Assembly: GCA_002400985.2 (NCBI GenBank)
Contig: NVRX02000004.1
Location: forward strand, 114,245 to 178,244
DNA length: 64,000 nucleotides
Source: Candidatus Wolfebacteria bacterium
GTDB taxonomy: Bacteria; Patescibacteriota; Minisyncoccia; Phycocordibacterales; Phycocordibacteraceae
Direction of reading: 5' to 3'
Within the stretch, counting starts at the first letter, position 1, and the number at the start of each line of letters is the position of its first letter. The notes below the pieces were generated by a model. That model made no database searches. It had not been told where the DNA came from and saw only the letters and a list, made by a program, of their open reading frames with translations. The position numbers were made by a program, and so were the translations under genes. Shown here in pieces: positions 43,641-53,475 of this stretch.

Positions 43641-44849
43641 GTGAAAAAGTTTTCATATAAAGCACAGAAAGCAGACGGAAAAATATATACAGGAACTCTC
43701 GAAGGAGAGAGTAAAACTGAGGTATATGCACACGTTGGAGCAGAAGGAGGGACCGTTGTTTCTATAAAAGTTGCCGGAGGAGGTTTTATACTCAAGCTAA
43801 ATAAACTTATCGGTGGGGTAAAGATGCAAGAAAAAATAGTGATAACCCGTACATTGGCAGCAATGCTCAAGGCGGGTCTTCCAATATCTCGTGCACTCAG
43901 TGTATTAGAGCGACAAAGTGCAAACCCTTTGCTAAAAGACACAATAAAAGAGGTGAACACAGATGTTTCAAAAGGACTTGGTCTGCATGAGGCACTAGCA
44001 AAACATCCGAAGATTTTTTCAAAACTATTTATATCAATGGTAAAGGCTGGTGAAGAGAGCGGAACACTCACAGAAGCTCTTCTTGTTATTGGAAAGCAGA
44101 TGGAACGGTCGCATAGTCTTATAACAAAAGTTCGTAGTGCCATGATTTATCCCGCAATCATTTTAATTGCTATAGGAATCATAACGGTGCTCATGCTTCT
44201 TTTTGTGGTGCCAACACTTACAAGTACTTTTGATGAGCTTGGAGTAGAGCTTCCTGCCATGACACAAGCAATTGTTTCTTCTAGTGCGTTCCTCCAGAAT
44301 AATTTCTTACTCGTGTTTGTACTATTCGCCCTATTCTTTGGAGTAATGTCATACGCTTTAAAGACGGAGCGTGGTTCAAAGATTTTTGGAGTGATAATAC
44401 TTCACCTCCCTGTTGTCTCTGTAATTGTAAAAGAAACATACACTGCCCGAACAGCCCGAACACTCGCCTCTCTTTTGGGTTCTGGTGTAGACATGCTTCA
44501 TGCTCTTGAAATATCTCAAGAAGTAATTGGTCATCCAAGTTATAAAAAAGTATTTACAGAATCACATGAACATGTGAAAAAAGGAGACTCACTTTCAAAA
44601 AGTTTTATGGAACACACAGAACTCTTTCCAATACTTATGGGCGACATGATTGCTGTAGGGGAAGAGACCGGGGCAGTATCAGACATGCTTTTGGAAGTGG
44701 CAGAGTTTTATGAAAATGAGGTCGAACGAAAAACAAAAGATCTTTCAACAATTGTTGAGCCGCTTTTGATGATGCTGATTGCTGGGGTGGTGGGAGTATT
44801 TGCCATGGCAATGATTGCTCCAATCTATTCAATTACTGAAAGCATTTAA
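43641..44849 (+). CDS. pilC: Type IV pilus platform protein PilC (GspF family)
   Basis: 402 aa with two GspF repeats and three TM blocks. GTG start. Position after pilB. Confidence 0.88.
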   Translation: MKKFSYKAQKADGKIYTGTLEGESKTEVYAHVGAEGGTVVSIKVAGGGFILKLNKLIGGVKMQEKIVITRTLAAMLKAGLPISRALSVLERQSANPLLKDTIKEVNTDVSKGLGLHEALAKHPKIFSKLFISMVKAGEESGTLTEALLVIGKQMERSHSLITKVRSAMIYPAIILIAIGIITVLMLLFVVPTLTSTFDELGVELPAMTQAIVSSSAFLQNNFLLVFVLFALFFGVMSYALKTERGSKIFGVIILHLPVVSVIVKETYTARTARTLASLLGSGVDMLHALEISQEVIGHPSYKKVFTESHEHVKKGDSLSKSFMEHTELFPILMGDMIAVGEETGAVSDMLLEVAEFYENEVERKTKDLSTIVEPLLMMLIAGVVGVFAMAMIAPIYSITESI

Positions 44850-44850
44850 T

Positions 44851-46587
44851 ATGAAGAAATTTTACACCAGAGGATTTTCTCTCATGGATGTGATTGTTGG
44901 TACCGCGCTTCTCCTTATTATTTTTATGGCACTCTTTGGAGTGTTTAGAGCATCTATTGCACTTACTGCTTCTGCAAAGGCTCGGGCAGGTGCAACATCG
45001 TTAGCGGTGGCACAAATGGAATACATTCGCTCACTTACCTATGCAAATACAGGGACTGTTGGAGGAATTCCCGCAGGGCTTATTGATGCAGATTTTGACA
45101 CTACCTTAAATGGACGTATATATACCACTCGGACATTCATACAGTATATAGATGATCCAGCAGATGGAGTTGGTGCTCTTGATTTTACGGGAATCATAAC
45201 GGATTATAAAAAAATAAAAGTAGAGGTTTCCTACTTTGTGAATGAACGAACAAAAGATGTTTCTCTTGTTTCCAATAGAACCCCAAAAGGAATAGAAACT
45301 ACTGAGGGAGGAGGAAACCTTTGGATTAATGTAAGTGATGCACTTGGAGATCCTGTTTCTTCCGCACAAGTTCATATACAAAATCCAAATACAGTCCCAA
45401 CAGTAGATCTCACTGCGTTTACGGGAGTGGGAGGATTTGTATTTTTGCCCGGAGCAGCTACTTCAACAGGATATAGGATTACCGTAAGTAAAAGTGGGTA
45501 TTCAACTACCGCCACATACGATCAAGACGCAATAAATGTAAGTCCAAGACCCAGGCATCTTACGGTTGTTGAGGCTGAGACAACACAGGGGACGTTTCCT
45601 ATAGACATACTATCTACATTACGTGTGCAGACATGGCAACAAATACAAAATGCATTTACAGAAGATACTTTCGTAAATGAAACCTCTCTATCTATCGCTA
45701 GCAGTACAGAGGCGGTAGGAGGAAATCTTGTATTAACAAATACTGCAGGTGTATATGATTCTTCAGGACATGCACGAAGCACAGCAATAGCTCCAACATA
45801 TGTATATGCATGGGATTTGTTTCAGGCAACAAGCACTGCTCCCGCAGGGACGAGTATTACGTATCAATTTTTATACGATAACGCTGGCACACCGACTTTT
45901 ATTCCAGATATTGATTTAGTAGGAAATAGTGTAGGGTTTTCTTCCCAAATTATTGATTTGTCTGGAGTTGCAACAAGTACGTATAGTTCGTTGTATATAG
46001 AAGCCTCATTTGAAACAAACGATACAGCTGCAACACCTTCAATAGATGAGTGGCGACTTGTATATAGTGAAGGCCCTGTGCCAATTCCGAATGTTTCATT
46101 TACCCTAGAAGGATCAAAGTCTATTGGAGAAGATATAGACGGATTAGATATTAAGAAAAATATAATACAAACAGCAACAGGCCCTGCGGGATGGAATGAA
46201 GTTTTAAATATAGAGTGGGATGGATACACACTTACAACAAGTGGCTATGACATAGGAGAGATTTGTGATGTGGATGATTTATCTATCAATCCAAATACTT
46301 CTGAAACAATAAACGTATATCTCGAAAGTGACAGCGTACATTCTCTGCGTGTATCTGTGCGCACAGATACTGGCGGGTTTATTGAGGGTGCTAGCGTTTC
46401 ACTCACTCGACCTGCATACAATTCAAGTGGAGCCTCAACTTCATGCGGGCAGACATATTTTGGAAGCCTTGGAAACTTCACGGATTACAATCTTTCTGTA
46501 GGGAAAGCGGGCTTTATTACAGAGGATATAGGCAGCATTGTTGTCTCAGGAGATACTGAAATTAGCATCATCCTTACAACCTCATAG
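44851..46587 (+). CDS. Giant pilin-like protein (578 aa) with a prepilin-type N-terminus
   Basis: MKKFYTRG|FSLMDVIVGTALLLIIF is class III signal-like, with Asp at +5 instead of Glu. C-terminal carboxypeptidase-regulatory-like beta domains are present (..GYRITVSKSGYST.., ..YNLSVGKAGFITE..). Confidence 0.68.
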   Translation: MKKFYTRGFSLMDVIVGTALLLIIFMALFGVFRASIALTASAKARAGATSLAVAQMEYIRSLTYANTGTVGGIPAGLIDADFDTTLNGRIYTTRTFIQYIDDPADGVGALDFTGIITDYKKIKVEVSYFVNERTKDVSLVSNRTPKGIETTEGGGNLWINVSDALGDPVSSAQVHIQNPNTVPTVDLTAFTGVGGFVFLPGAATSTGYRITVSKSGYSTTATYDQDAINVSPRPRHLTVVEAETTQGTFPIDILSTLRVQTWQQIQNAFTEDTFVNETSLSIASSTEAVGGNLVLTNTAGVYDSSGHARSTAIAPTYVYAWDLFQATSTAPAGTSITYQFLYDNAGTPTFIPDIDLVGNSVGFSSQIIDLSGVATSTYSSLYIEASFETNDTAATPSIDEWRLVYSEGPVPIPNVSFTLEGSKSIGEDIDGLDIKKNIIQTATGPAGWNEVLNIEWDGYTLTTSGYDIGEICDVDDLSINPNTSETINVYLESDSVHSLRVSVRTDTGGFIEGASVSLTRPAYNSSGASTSCGQTYFGSLGNFTDYNLSVGKAGFITEDIGSIVVSGDTEISIILTTS

Positions 46588-46606
46588 CACGTGCTAAAGT
46601 GAATGC

Positions 46607-47188
46607 ATGCGAGGATTTACTCTATTAGAAACTGTTGTAACCATAGCGCTTACAAGCGCGGTGCTTCTTGCACTGAGTACTTCTATTATTTTTTTCTACA
46701 GAACAAATGCGACTATTCTTGAGCAGGCAGGTGCCATTACAAGTGCTCGTCGTGGTATTGAAAATGCAATGAAAGACCTTCGAGAGGCAACCGTTGCTGA
46801 AGATGGCTCTTTCCCAATAGTTTCTGCTGGACCAAATGCCATTACATTTTATGCAGATGTTGACCAGGACAATTCTGTTGAGAGAATACGATACGATCTT
46901 TCAAACAACATATTGAGTAGGTATACACTTCAGGCAAGTGGAAATCCTCTGGAATACCTGGGGATAGAAACATTAAAAATTATTTCTGATAATGTGCGAA
47001 ATAGCTTTTTTGGTACAGATGTATTCACCTACTTTGATATAGAGGGAAATGATCTTGGTTCATCTCCTGCAGTACTAGATATTAAATTTATAACTGCAAC
47101 AATAACGGTAAATGTAAATCCAGAACGAGCCCCTGAAGAGTTTACTCTTACATCAAGTGCAACACTTCGAAATTTACGTGTCGAATAA
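46607..47188 (+). CDS. Pseudopilin/minor pilin with a canonical prepilin N-terminus
   Basis: MRG|FTLLETVVTIALTSAVLL (G-FTLLE with Glu+5). Confidence 0.72.
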   Translation: MRGFTLLETVVTIALTSAVLLALSTSIIFFYRTNATILEQAGAITSARRGIENAMKDLREATVAEDGSFPIVSAGPNAITFYADVDQDNSVERIRYDLSNNILSRYTLQASGNPLEYLGIETLKIISDNVRNSFFGTDVFTYFDIEGNDLGSSPAVLDIKFITATITVNVNPERAPEEFTLTSSATLRNLRVE

Positions 47189-47189
47189 T

Positions 47190-48614
47190 ATGTATAAAAA
47201 ACAAAAACAAGGAGGATACACAACATTGCTAGTAGTCGTGTTTGGAGGTCTTTTTGTATTAGCAATATCTGCATTGTCAGGACGGGTTCTTGTGGAGCAA
47301 GATGCAGAGCAGTCACGAATGAATAAAGCACAAGCAAGGTCAATCGCAGAGGCAGGTCTTGAGTATTACAAGTGGTTTCTGGCACATAATCCAAATGACA
47401 CACAAAACGGTACGGGGAGTGCAGGACCATATGTTATTGAGTATGAAGATTCAGAGAGTTCTGTGGTGGGAACGTATTCTCTGGACGTTACAGGTAATAC
47501 ACAGTGTGGTGCCATTACATCGATTGATATTAGTTCCACAGGTTGGTCACAGACTGACCCAACAATAAAAGCAACAATTACCGGAAGATATGCACAGCCA
47601 TCTGTTGCAGAATTTGCATATATTATAAATGACAATGTGTTTGTGGGAGATGATAGGCAAATATCTGGGGCCTATCACGCAAATGGAGGAATACGGTTTG
47701 ATGGTACAAGTAACTCACAAGTAACAAGTGCTATTGATACATGGCTTTGTACAAGTTCATTTGGCTGCTCTCCGGCATCTACAACACCAGGAGTGTTTGG
47801 GAGTGGGGGAGATAAAGATTTATGGGAATATCCAGCCCCTCAGTTTGATTTTACGGGAATAGCACAAGACTTTAATGGACTTCGTACTCTTGCTATAGCT
47901 GATGGTATTCACTATTCAGGATTTGGAGGACACACAGTTGAAGGGCGTGGTTATAAATTAGTGTTTAAAAGCGATAGGACGGTAGACGTATACAAAGTTC
48001 GGAGGTCAAGAGGGTATTATGGTCTCCATATAGGGGCTTCTGCTTTCGAAACAGACTATTATGTTCCTCGAGCTGGAAGAAGCACTCGCCTTGCAGGAAA
48101 CTTTCCTATTCCAGAAGATTGCGGACTCATTTATATAGAAGACAGAGTTTGGGTTTCAGGGGTTGTGTCTGGAAAAGTGACACTTGTTGTGGCAGACACT
48201 ACTCATGCAGGGTACGAGCCAACGGTGATTATTGAAGATGATCTTACGTATACGACAACAAATGGTGACGATGGTATTACTATTATTGCAGAGGGAGACA
48301 TTCATATTTCACCACTCTCTCCAGACAATTTAGACCTTCAGGGCATACTTGTTGCTCAGGAAGGGTATTTTGGAAGAAATTACTATACCTGTAACTCAGT
48401 TGGTGTATATAATATTCGAGACACACTCACTATGCTTGGGTCTATTATTTCAAACGGACGAGTAGGGACAAGATGGGGAAGCAGTACCGGGTGTTCTGGC
48501 TCTGGATATCAAAATAGAATTAACAATTATGATAGAAACCTTGCAACAGATCCTCCTGCCTTTACCCCTGTTGCTTCACCAGATTACCAGTTTGTTGAGT
48601 GGCGAGAAGACTAG
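47190..48614 (+). CDS. Large PilX-like / pilus-associated protein, hypothetical
   Basis: N-terminal hydrophobic segment MYKKQKQGGYTTLLVVVFGGLFVLAISAL with no Glu+5. 474 aa, last gene of the pilin block. The start is at an internal ATG abutting the upstream stop. Confidence 0.5.
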   Translation: MYKKQKQGGYTTLLVVVFGGLFVLAISALSGRVLVEQDAEQSRMNKAQARSIAEAGLEYYKWFLAHNPNDTQNGTGSAGPYVIEYEDSESSVVGTYSLDVTGNTQCGAITSIDISSTGWSQTDPTIKATITGRYAQPSVAEFAYIINDNVFVGDDRQISGAYHANGGIRFDGTSNSQVTSAIDTWLCTSSFGCSPASTTPGVFGSGGDKDLWEYPAPQFDFTGIAQDFNGLRTLAIADGIHYSGFGGHTVEGRGYKLVFKSDRTVDVYKVRRSRGYYGLHIGASAFETDYYVPRAGRSTRLAGNFPIPEDCGLIYIEDRVWVSGVVSGKVTLVVADTTHAGYEPTVIIEDDLTYTTTNGDDGITIIAEGDIHISPLSPDNLDLQGILVAQEGYFGRNYYTCNSVGVYNIRDTLTMLGSIISNGRVGTRWGSSTGCSGSGYQNRINNYDRNLATDPPAFTPVASPDYQFVEWRED

Positions 48615-48631
48615 CGTGCTAGGATACAAAT

Positions 48632-49366
48632 ATGATTATTGTAGGAAATTTTAAAAGTTATCTTGTACGCAAGGGGGACGCAGAGACAGTTGTAAAGGCT
48701 GCAGGAAAGCTCAAGACAAAACATAAAATAATTCTTGCTCCCTCTTTTGTTCATCTTGGGTACATTTCAGCAAAAAAACACAAAGTTGCACTTGCTGCGC
48801 AAAATCTTTCTATATTTGAAGGTGGGGCACACACTGGTGAGGTGTCAGCAGATGTCATTTTAGATAGTGCAGCAGAATATGTAATTGTTGGACACTCAGA
48901 AAGGAGAGCTGGGGGAGAAACAAATAGTATTGTTGCAACAAAAGTATGCCAGGCACTTGGTTCAAAGCTAAAGGTGGTTTTATGTGTAGGTGAAGCAGAA
49001 AGAGATAGTCATGCAACATACCTTTCATTTATTACAGAAGAAATAACATCCGCACTTAAGGGTGTTAAAGAGAATGATTTTAAAAATATTATTATTGCGT
49101 ATGAGCCAATTTGGGCAATAGGAAAAAGTGCTTCTGAGGCAATAACTACAGATGATCTCGAAGAGATGACATTGTTTATAAAAAAAATAGTTCATGAGAA
49201 CTATGGAGAAAAACAAGCAAAGGCGATAAAGATTTTGTATGGAGGTTCGGTAAATGCAGAAAATGTAAAAAGTCTAATGGTTCCTGGATTGGATGGTTTC
49301 CTTCCAGGAAGAGCAAGTGCTTCAAAAGAAACGTTAATAGCACTTATTGAAGCAATAGACTCATGA
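48632..49366 (+). CDS. tpiA: Triosephosphate isomerase
   Basis: ..VGNFKSY.., VGHSERR, IAYEPIWAIG and YGGSV. Confidence 0.9.
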   Translation: MIIVGNFKSYLVRKGDAETVVKAAGKLKTKHKIILAPSFVHLGYISAKKHKVALAAQNLSIFEGGAHTGEVSADVILDSAAEYVIVGHSERRAGGETNSIVATKVCQALGSKLKVVLCVGEAERDSHATYLSFITEEITSALKGVKENDFKNIIIAYEPIWAIGKSASEAITTDDLEEMTLFIKKIVHENYGEKQAKAIKILYGGSVNAENVKSLMVPGLDGFLPGRASASKETLIALIEAIDS

Positions 49367-50478
49367 AGAGATTAGAAGATATACCGATTTTAGAAAATGT
49401 GCCTGTGCTTGTACGGCTTGGGTTAAATGTTCCTCTTGTAGACGGAAAGCCTGCAAGCACCTTTCGCTTACGCAACTCTTTAAACACTATAAAGTTTCTC
49501 CAAAAAAAAGGAGCTCGCATAATTATCATCGGGCATATTGGAAGAGACCCATTTGCAACATTAAAGCCGGTGTATGAGTTTATGAGGACAAAAATTCCAC
49601 AAGTATCGTTTTCAGAACATTTGTTGGGATCATATGTGCGGGATCGTGTTGCCGCACTTATGCCAGGAGAAGTTCTTGTGCTTGAGAACTTAAGACGTAA
49701 CAAGGGTGAAATAGAAAATGATACAGAGTTTGCAAAAGAATTAGCTTCTCTTGCTGATGTGTTTGTTCAGGATGCTTTTGCTGTGTGTCACAGACACCAC
49801 GCTTCTATTGTTGGTATTCCAGAGTTCCTTCCTTCATACGCTGGCCGGACACTTTGTGCAGAAGTAGATTCTTTAAAAAAGGCTCTTGAACCAAAACGTC
49901 CTTCCATTGCAATTATTGGTGGTGCGAAGTTTGCAACAAAAGAACCTTTAATAGAAAAGCTTTTACATACATACGATCGAATATTTATCGGTGGAGCTCT
50001 TGGAAACGATTTATTGAAAGAGCGAGGATACCCAATAGGAAGGTCTGTTACTTCGGGGAATATAGGATCTCTAAAAATGTTAGCAAAAGACGCCCGTATT
50101 ATTGGCCCAGTAGATTTAGTTGTTTCTTCGGTGAAGGGTGGAGGAATACGACTGCCAAAAGAGGTTGGGGAGGAAGATATGATTTTAGACGCCGGGCCAG
50201 CAACAATTGAAATGCTGAAAGAATATATAGACGAAGCGAAGACCGTTTTGTGGAACGGTCCACTTGGATATTATGAAAATGGGTATACAGAAGGGACGCA
50301 CTCACTTGCAGAAGTTATTGCAGAAGCACAGACAGATGCAATCATTGGAGGGGGAGATACCGTTGCCTCTATCGAATCACTGGAGCTTGAACACAAGTTC
50401 TCTTTCATTTCCACTGGAGGAGGCGCAATGTTGGAATTCCTTACGCACGGCACACTCCCTGGAATTGAAGCTCTATAG
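49363..50478 (+). CDS. pgk: Phosphoglycerate kinase (short, 371 aa)
   Basis: ..VLVRLGLNVPL.., ..IIGGAKFATK.., ..GGGDTVA.. and ..STGGGAMLEFL.. ATGA overlap with tpiA. Confidence 0.9.
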   Translation: MKRLEDIPILENVPVLVRLGLNVPLVDGKPASTFRLRNSLNTIKFLQKKGARIIIIGHIGRDPFATLKPVYEFMRTKIPQVSFSEHLLGSYVRDRVAALMPGEVLVLENLRRNKGEIENDTEFAKELASLADVFVQDAFAVCHRHHASIVGIPEFLPSYAGRTLCAEVDSLKKALEPKRPSIAIIGGAKFATKEPLIEKLLHTYDRIFIGGALGNDLLKERGYPIGRSVTSGNIGSLKMLAKDARIIGPVDLVVSSVKGGGIRLPKEVGEEDMILDAGPATIEMLKEYIDEAKTVLWNGPLGYYENGYTEGTHSLAEVIAEAQTDAIIGGGDTVASIESLELEHKFSFISTGGGAMLEFLTHGTLPGIEAL

Positions 50479-50883
50479 AAGTTTTTTAATACTATTCAAA
50501 ACAATATCAGCCTCTCCAGCTAAATATTCTTTTCCCGGCCAGAGTTTTTTACCATCACCAATAAATCGAGGCATAATATGCACATGAAGGTGAAATACGA
50601 CTTGTCCTGCCGCAGGCTCATTGTTTATTCCGATATTTATTCCGTCGGCACCAGTAGCTTCTTTAATTTTTGGAGCAAGGAATCGAACTGTTTCCATTAC
50701 ATGGCCAAATGTTTTTTGATCAACAGAAAGAATGTTTCGAGTGGGTAATTTTGGTATTACTAAAGTATGACCTTTATTTATTGGAGCAATATCAAGAAAC
50801 GCAAATGTATACTCATTTTCATAGACTTTATGAGCGGGGATCTCACCTTTTAGAATTTTTTCAAAAATAGTGTCTTCGTTCAT
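50473..50883 (-). CDS. HIT-family (histidine triad) nucleotide hydrolase
   Basis: ..IFEKILKGEIPA.., ..AFLDIAPINKGHTLVIPK.. and the HLHVHIMP triad. Confidence 0.88.
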   Translation of the reverse strand: MNEDTIFEKILKGEIPAHKVYENEYTFAFLDIAPINKGHTLVIPKLPTRNILSVDQKTFGHVMETVRFLAPKIKEATGADGINIGINNEPAAGQVVFHLHVHIMPRFIGDGKKLWPGKEYLAGEADIVLNSIKKLL

Positions 50884-50895
50884 TAAAACTACTAT

Positions 50896-52608
50896 ATGAT
50901 AGAATCATCTCTAATGAAAATCTCTCTCAAAGAACAAGTTCCCAAAGAGGTTCGAAAGAACTTAGAAGACTACGATGACTTCGTAGCGCATCTCTTGTAT
51001 CACAGAGGTATTACAACTTCTAAAGATGCAAAGATTTTTCTTCAGCCAGATTTTGAAAGAGATCTTCACGATCCTTTCTTAATGTCTGGGATGGAAAAGG
51101 CGGTAGATCGCATTCTTGAAGCAATTGAAAAGAAAGAAAAGATAATTGTATGGAGTGATTATGATACGGATGGTATTCCGGGAGGAGTGCTCATGCATGA
51201 CTTATTTGCAAAGATAGGCGCGAATTTTGAAAACTATATTCCACACCGACATAATGAAGGGTACGGTTTAAATATTCCTGCTATCGAAAAACTAGCTGAA
51301 GGAGGCGCAAACTTACTTATCAGTGTGGATTCAGGCATTACAGATGTTACACAGGTAGAACGGGCAAATGAGCTAGGTTTGGATGTAATCATTACCGATC
51401 ATCACCTGCCTCAGAAAACACTTCCTCCTGCACTTGTTATTTTAAATCCAAAATTAAAAGACCAAACATATCCATTTAAGGATCTATGTGGGTGTGGTGT
51501 TGCATTTAAGTTGGCACAAGCACTCTTAAAGAAAGGTGATTTTGATATTCCTGAAGGATGGGAAAAGTGGCTACTTGATATGGCAGGCATAGCAACTGTT
51601 TCAGATATGGTTCCTCTTACGGGAGAAAATAGAGCCTTGGCATACTTTGGTCTTGTGGTGTTGCGGAAATCTCCACGGCCAGGATTACAACAGCTGCTAC
51701 GAAAAATACGAGTAAACCAAAGAACGATTACCGAAGACGATATCGGTTTCATGATTGGACCCCGTATAAATGCTGCTTCTCGAATGGGGGAGCCAATGCA
51801 AGCATTTGAAATGCTTTCTACAAAAAGTGTTGGAGAAGGAGCACAGCATGCCGCAGACCTAGAACGGATAAATGCTTCAAGGAAAGTTGCTGTTACAAAA
51901 ATTACAAAAGAAATAAAAAAGAAGATAAGTACAAAGAGTATGGATTCTCCTGTAATTGTTATGGGCAACCCACATTGGCGACCATCTCTTCTTGGTCTCG
52001 TTGCTAATTCATTAGCGGAAGAATATGAACGGCCAGTATTTCTTTGGGGAAAAGAAGGTAACGGACTTATAAAGGGTTCTTGTAGGACAGGGGCTGATGT
52101 AAACCTTGTGGATCTCATGGCCCAGGCTCCAGAAGTGTTTGATGGTTTTGGAGGACATGCGGCAGCAGGTGGATTCTCTATACGAGAAGAAGCAATACAT
52201 ACTATTGAGGAGAGTCTTTCTGCAGCACTTTTAAAACTTCCAAAAAATAAAACACAAAAGAATTTTGAAGCAGACTTGGAATTAGAAATAGATCAGGTAA
52301 ATAAAGAATTATTGGCAAAAATTTCAAAGCTTGCTCCCTTTGGTGTGGAGAATAAAAAACCTGAGTTCTTGTTTAAAAATATTACCCCATCAAGTGTTAT
52401 TTGGTTTGGAAAAGGAAAGGCTCATCTCAAGGCTATGTTTGAAACTAAGTCAGGAACAGTAGAAGCAATTGCTTTCTTTGCAAAGAGAGACCTTGGTGCA
52501 GATGCGAAGAAGCTTGTTGAAGGAGAAAAGATCTCATTACTCGCTGCTGTTGAATATGATTCATATAAACATGTTCCACGGCTACGCATTATAAAAGTGT
52601 TGACATAA
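50896..52608 (+). CDS. recJ: Single-stranded-DNA-specific exonuclease RecJ
   Basis: DHH motifs ..WSDYDTDGI.., ..SVDSGI.. and ..ITDHH.., plus a DHHA1 region ..GGHAAAGG.. An alternative start lies at 50914. Confidence 0.9.
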   Translation: MIESSLMKISLKEQVPKEVRKNLEDYDDFVAHLLYHRGITTSKDAKIFLQPDFERDLHDPFLMSGMEKAVDRILEAIEKKEKIIVWSDYDTDGIPGGVLMHDLFAKIGANFENYIPHRHNEGYGLNIPAIEKLAEGGANLLISVDSGITDVTQVERANELGLDVIITDHHLPQKTLPPALVILNPKLKDQTYPFKDLCGCGVAFKLAQALLKKGDFDIPEGWEKWLLDMAGIATVSDMVPLTGENRALAYFGLVVLRKSPRPGLQQLLRKIRVNQRTITEDDIGFMIGPRINAASRMGEPMQAFEMLSTKSVGEGAQHAADLERINASRKVAVTKITKEIKKKISTKSMDSPVIVMGNPHWRPSLLGLVANSLAEEYERPVFLWGKEGNGLIKGSCRTGADVNLVDLMAQAPEVFDGFGGHAAAGGFSIREEAIHTIEESLSAALLKLPKNKTQKNFEADLELEIDQVNKELLAKISKLAPFGVENKKPEFLFKNITPSSVIWFGKGKAHLKAMFETKSGTVEAIAFFAKRDLGADAKKLVEGEKISLLAAVEYDSYKHVPRLRIIKVLT

Positions 52609-52666
52609 TATATATATGTGTTAAAAATATAGCAACAAATGGAAACTAACAAAAAGGAGGATCCAA

Positions 52667-52996
52667 ATGTTAAATATAGTTCTTTCACTAGGTGAAAAAT
52701 CGACCAAACCAGTTTTGAAAGATTCAAAATCTTCCATGTTTCCTAAACCTGCAAAGTATGAGGTTGAAAGATGGAAAAATTGTGAGCCGTTCAAAATTCC
52801 TTTGGGTGAACCGGAGGTAGATAAATCTGGTGATTACAGGTGGTGGTGTAAGACAGAAGAAAATTTACTCCTTCTTATTCTGTGTGTTACGCACAAGGAT
52901 AGAAGATTGTATAGAGAAGGTAAAATTTTCCAAGTTAGAATTTACAGGAAAAACAGGAAAAAACCTTTTCGCAGAAAACTTACATTAGTAGCCTAG
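52667..52996 (+). CDS. Hypothetical basic protein (109 aa) with a canonical SD
   Basis: AAGGAGG at 52654-52660, 6 nt before the ATG. Trp/Cys/Lys-rich with no recognisable motif. Confidence 0.5.
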   Translation: MLNIVLSLGEKSTKPVLKDSKSSMFPKPAKYEVERWKNCEPFKIPLGEPEVDKSGDYRWWCKTEENLLLLILCVTHKDRRLYREGKIFQVRIYRKNRKKPFRRKLTLVA

Positions 52997-53033
52997 AAAA
53001 GTGCGGTCTTATATTTTATAGGGCTGCGCTTTC

Positions 53034-53042
53034 TGCTATACT
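53034..53042 (+). promoter_or_regulatory. Extended -10 TGCTATACT, 10 nt upstream of the rnhA ATG
   Basis: TGCTATACT-ttttaaaaat-ATG (ATG at 53053). Confidence 0.4.
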
Positions 53043-53052
53043 TTTTAAAAAT

Positions 53053-53472
53053 ATGTACACAATTTACACAGATGGAGGAGCAAGAGGTAATCCCGGTCCA
53101 GCAGGTGCTGGTGCGGTTATTTTTGATGCGAACATGAGAGCGGTGGTAGAAGCCTCTGAGTTTCTTGGTGTGCAAACTAATAACTGGGCAGAGTATGAGG
53201 CGGTTGTCCTTGGGCTCACAAAATTACAAGAGCTTGTTCCAGAAGATGAGCACGAGCAAACTGAAGTCACTCTTCGATTGGACAGCCAGCTGGTAGAGAG
53301 ACAGCTCATTGGCCAGTATCGAGTAAAGGACCCTGAACTCTATAAGCAGTATGTGAAAGTAAAAAATATCATGAATTCATTTCCAAAAATTATATTTGAA
53401 CATGTGCGTAGAGAAAAAAACAAAGAAGCAGATGCATTAGCAAATATTGCAATGGACGAAGGGTCTCTCTAA
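53053..53472 (+). CDS. rnhA: Ribonuclease HI family protein
   Basis: MYTIYTDGGARGNPGPAGAGAVI.., ..NNWAEYEAVVLGL.. and ..REKNKEADALAN (the DEDD pattern). Confidence 0.85.
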   Translation: MYTIYTDGGARGNPGPAGAGAVIFDANMRAVVEASEFLGVQTNNWAEYEAVVLGLTKLQELVPEDEHEQTEVTLRLDSQLVERQLIGQYRVKDPELYKQYVKVKNIMNSFPKIIFEHVRREKNKEADALANIAMDEGSL

Positions 53473-53475
53473 TAT

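Noticed and set aside
49363-49366. Alternative genetic code (UGA as a sense codon, as in some CPR lineages)
   Set aside because: tpiA ends in TGA within the ATGA overlap with pgk, and the motif-verified genes checked need no in-frame TGA read-through. The standard bacterial code fits.
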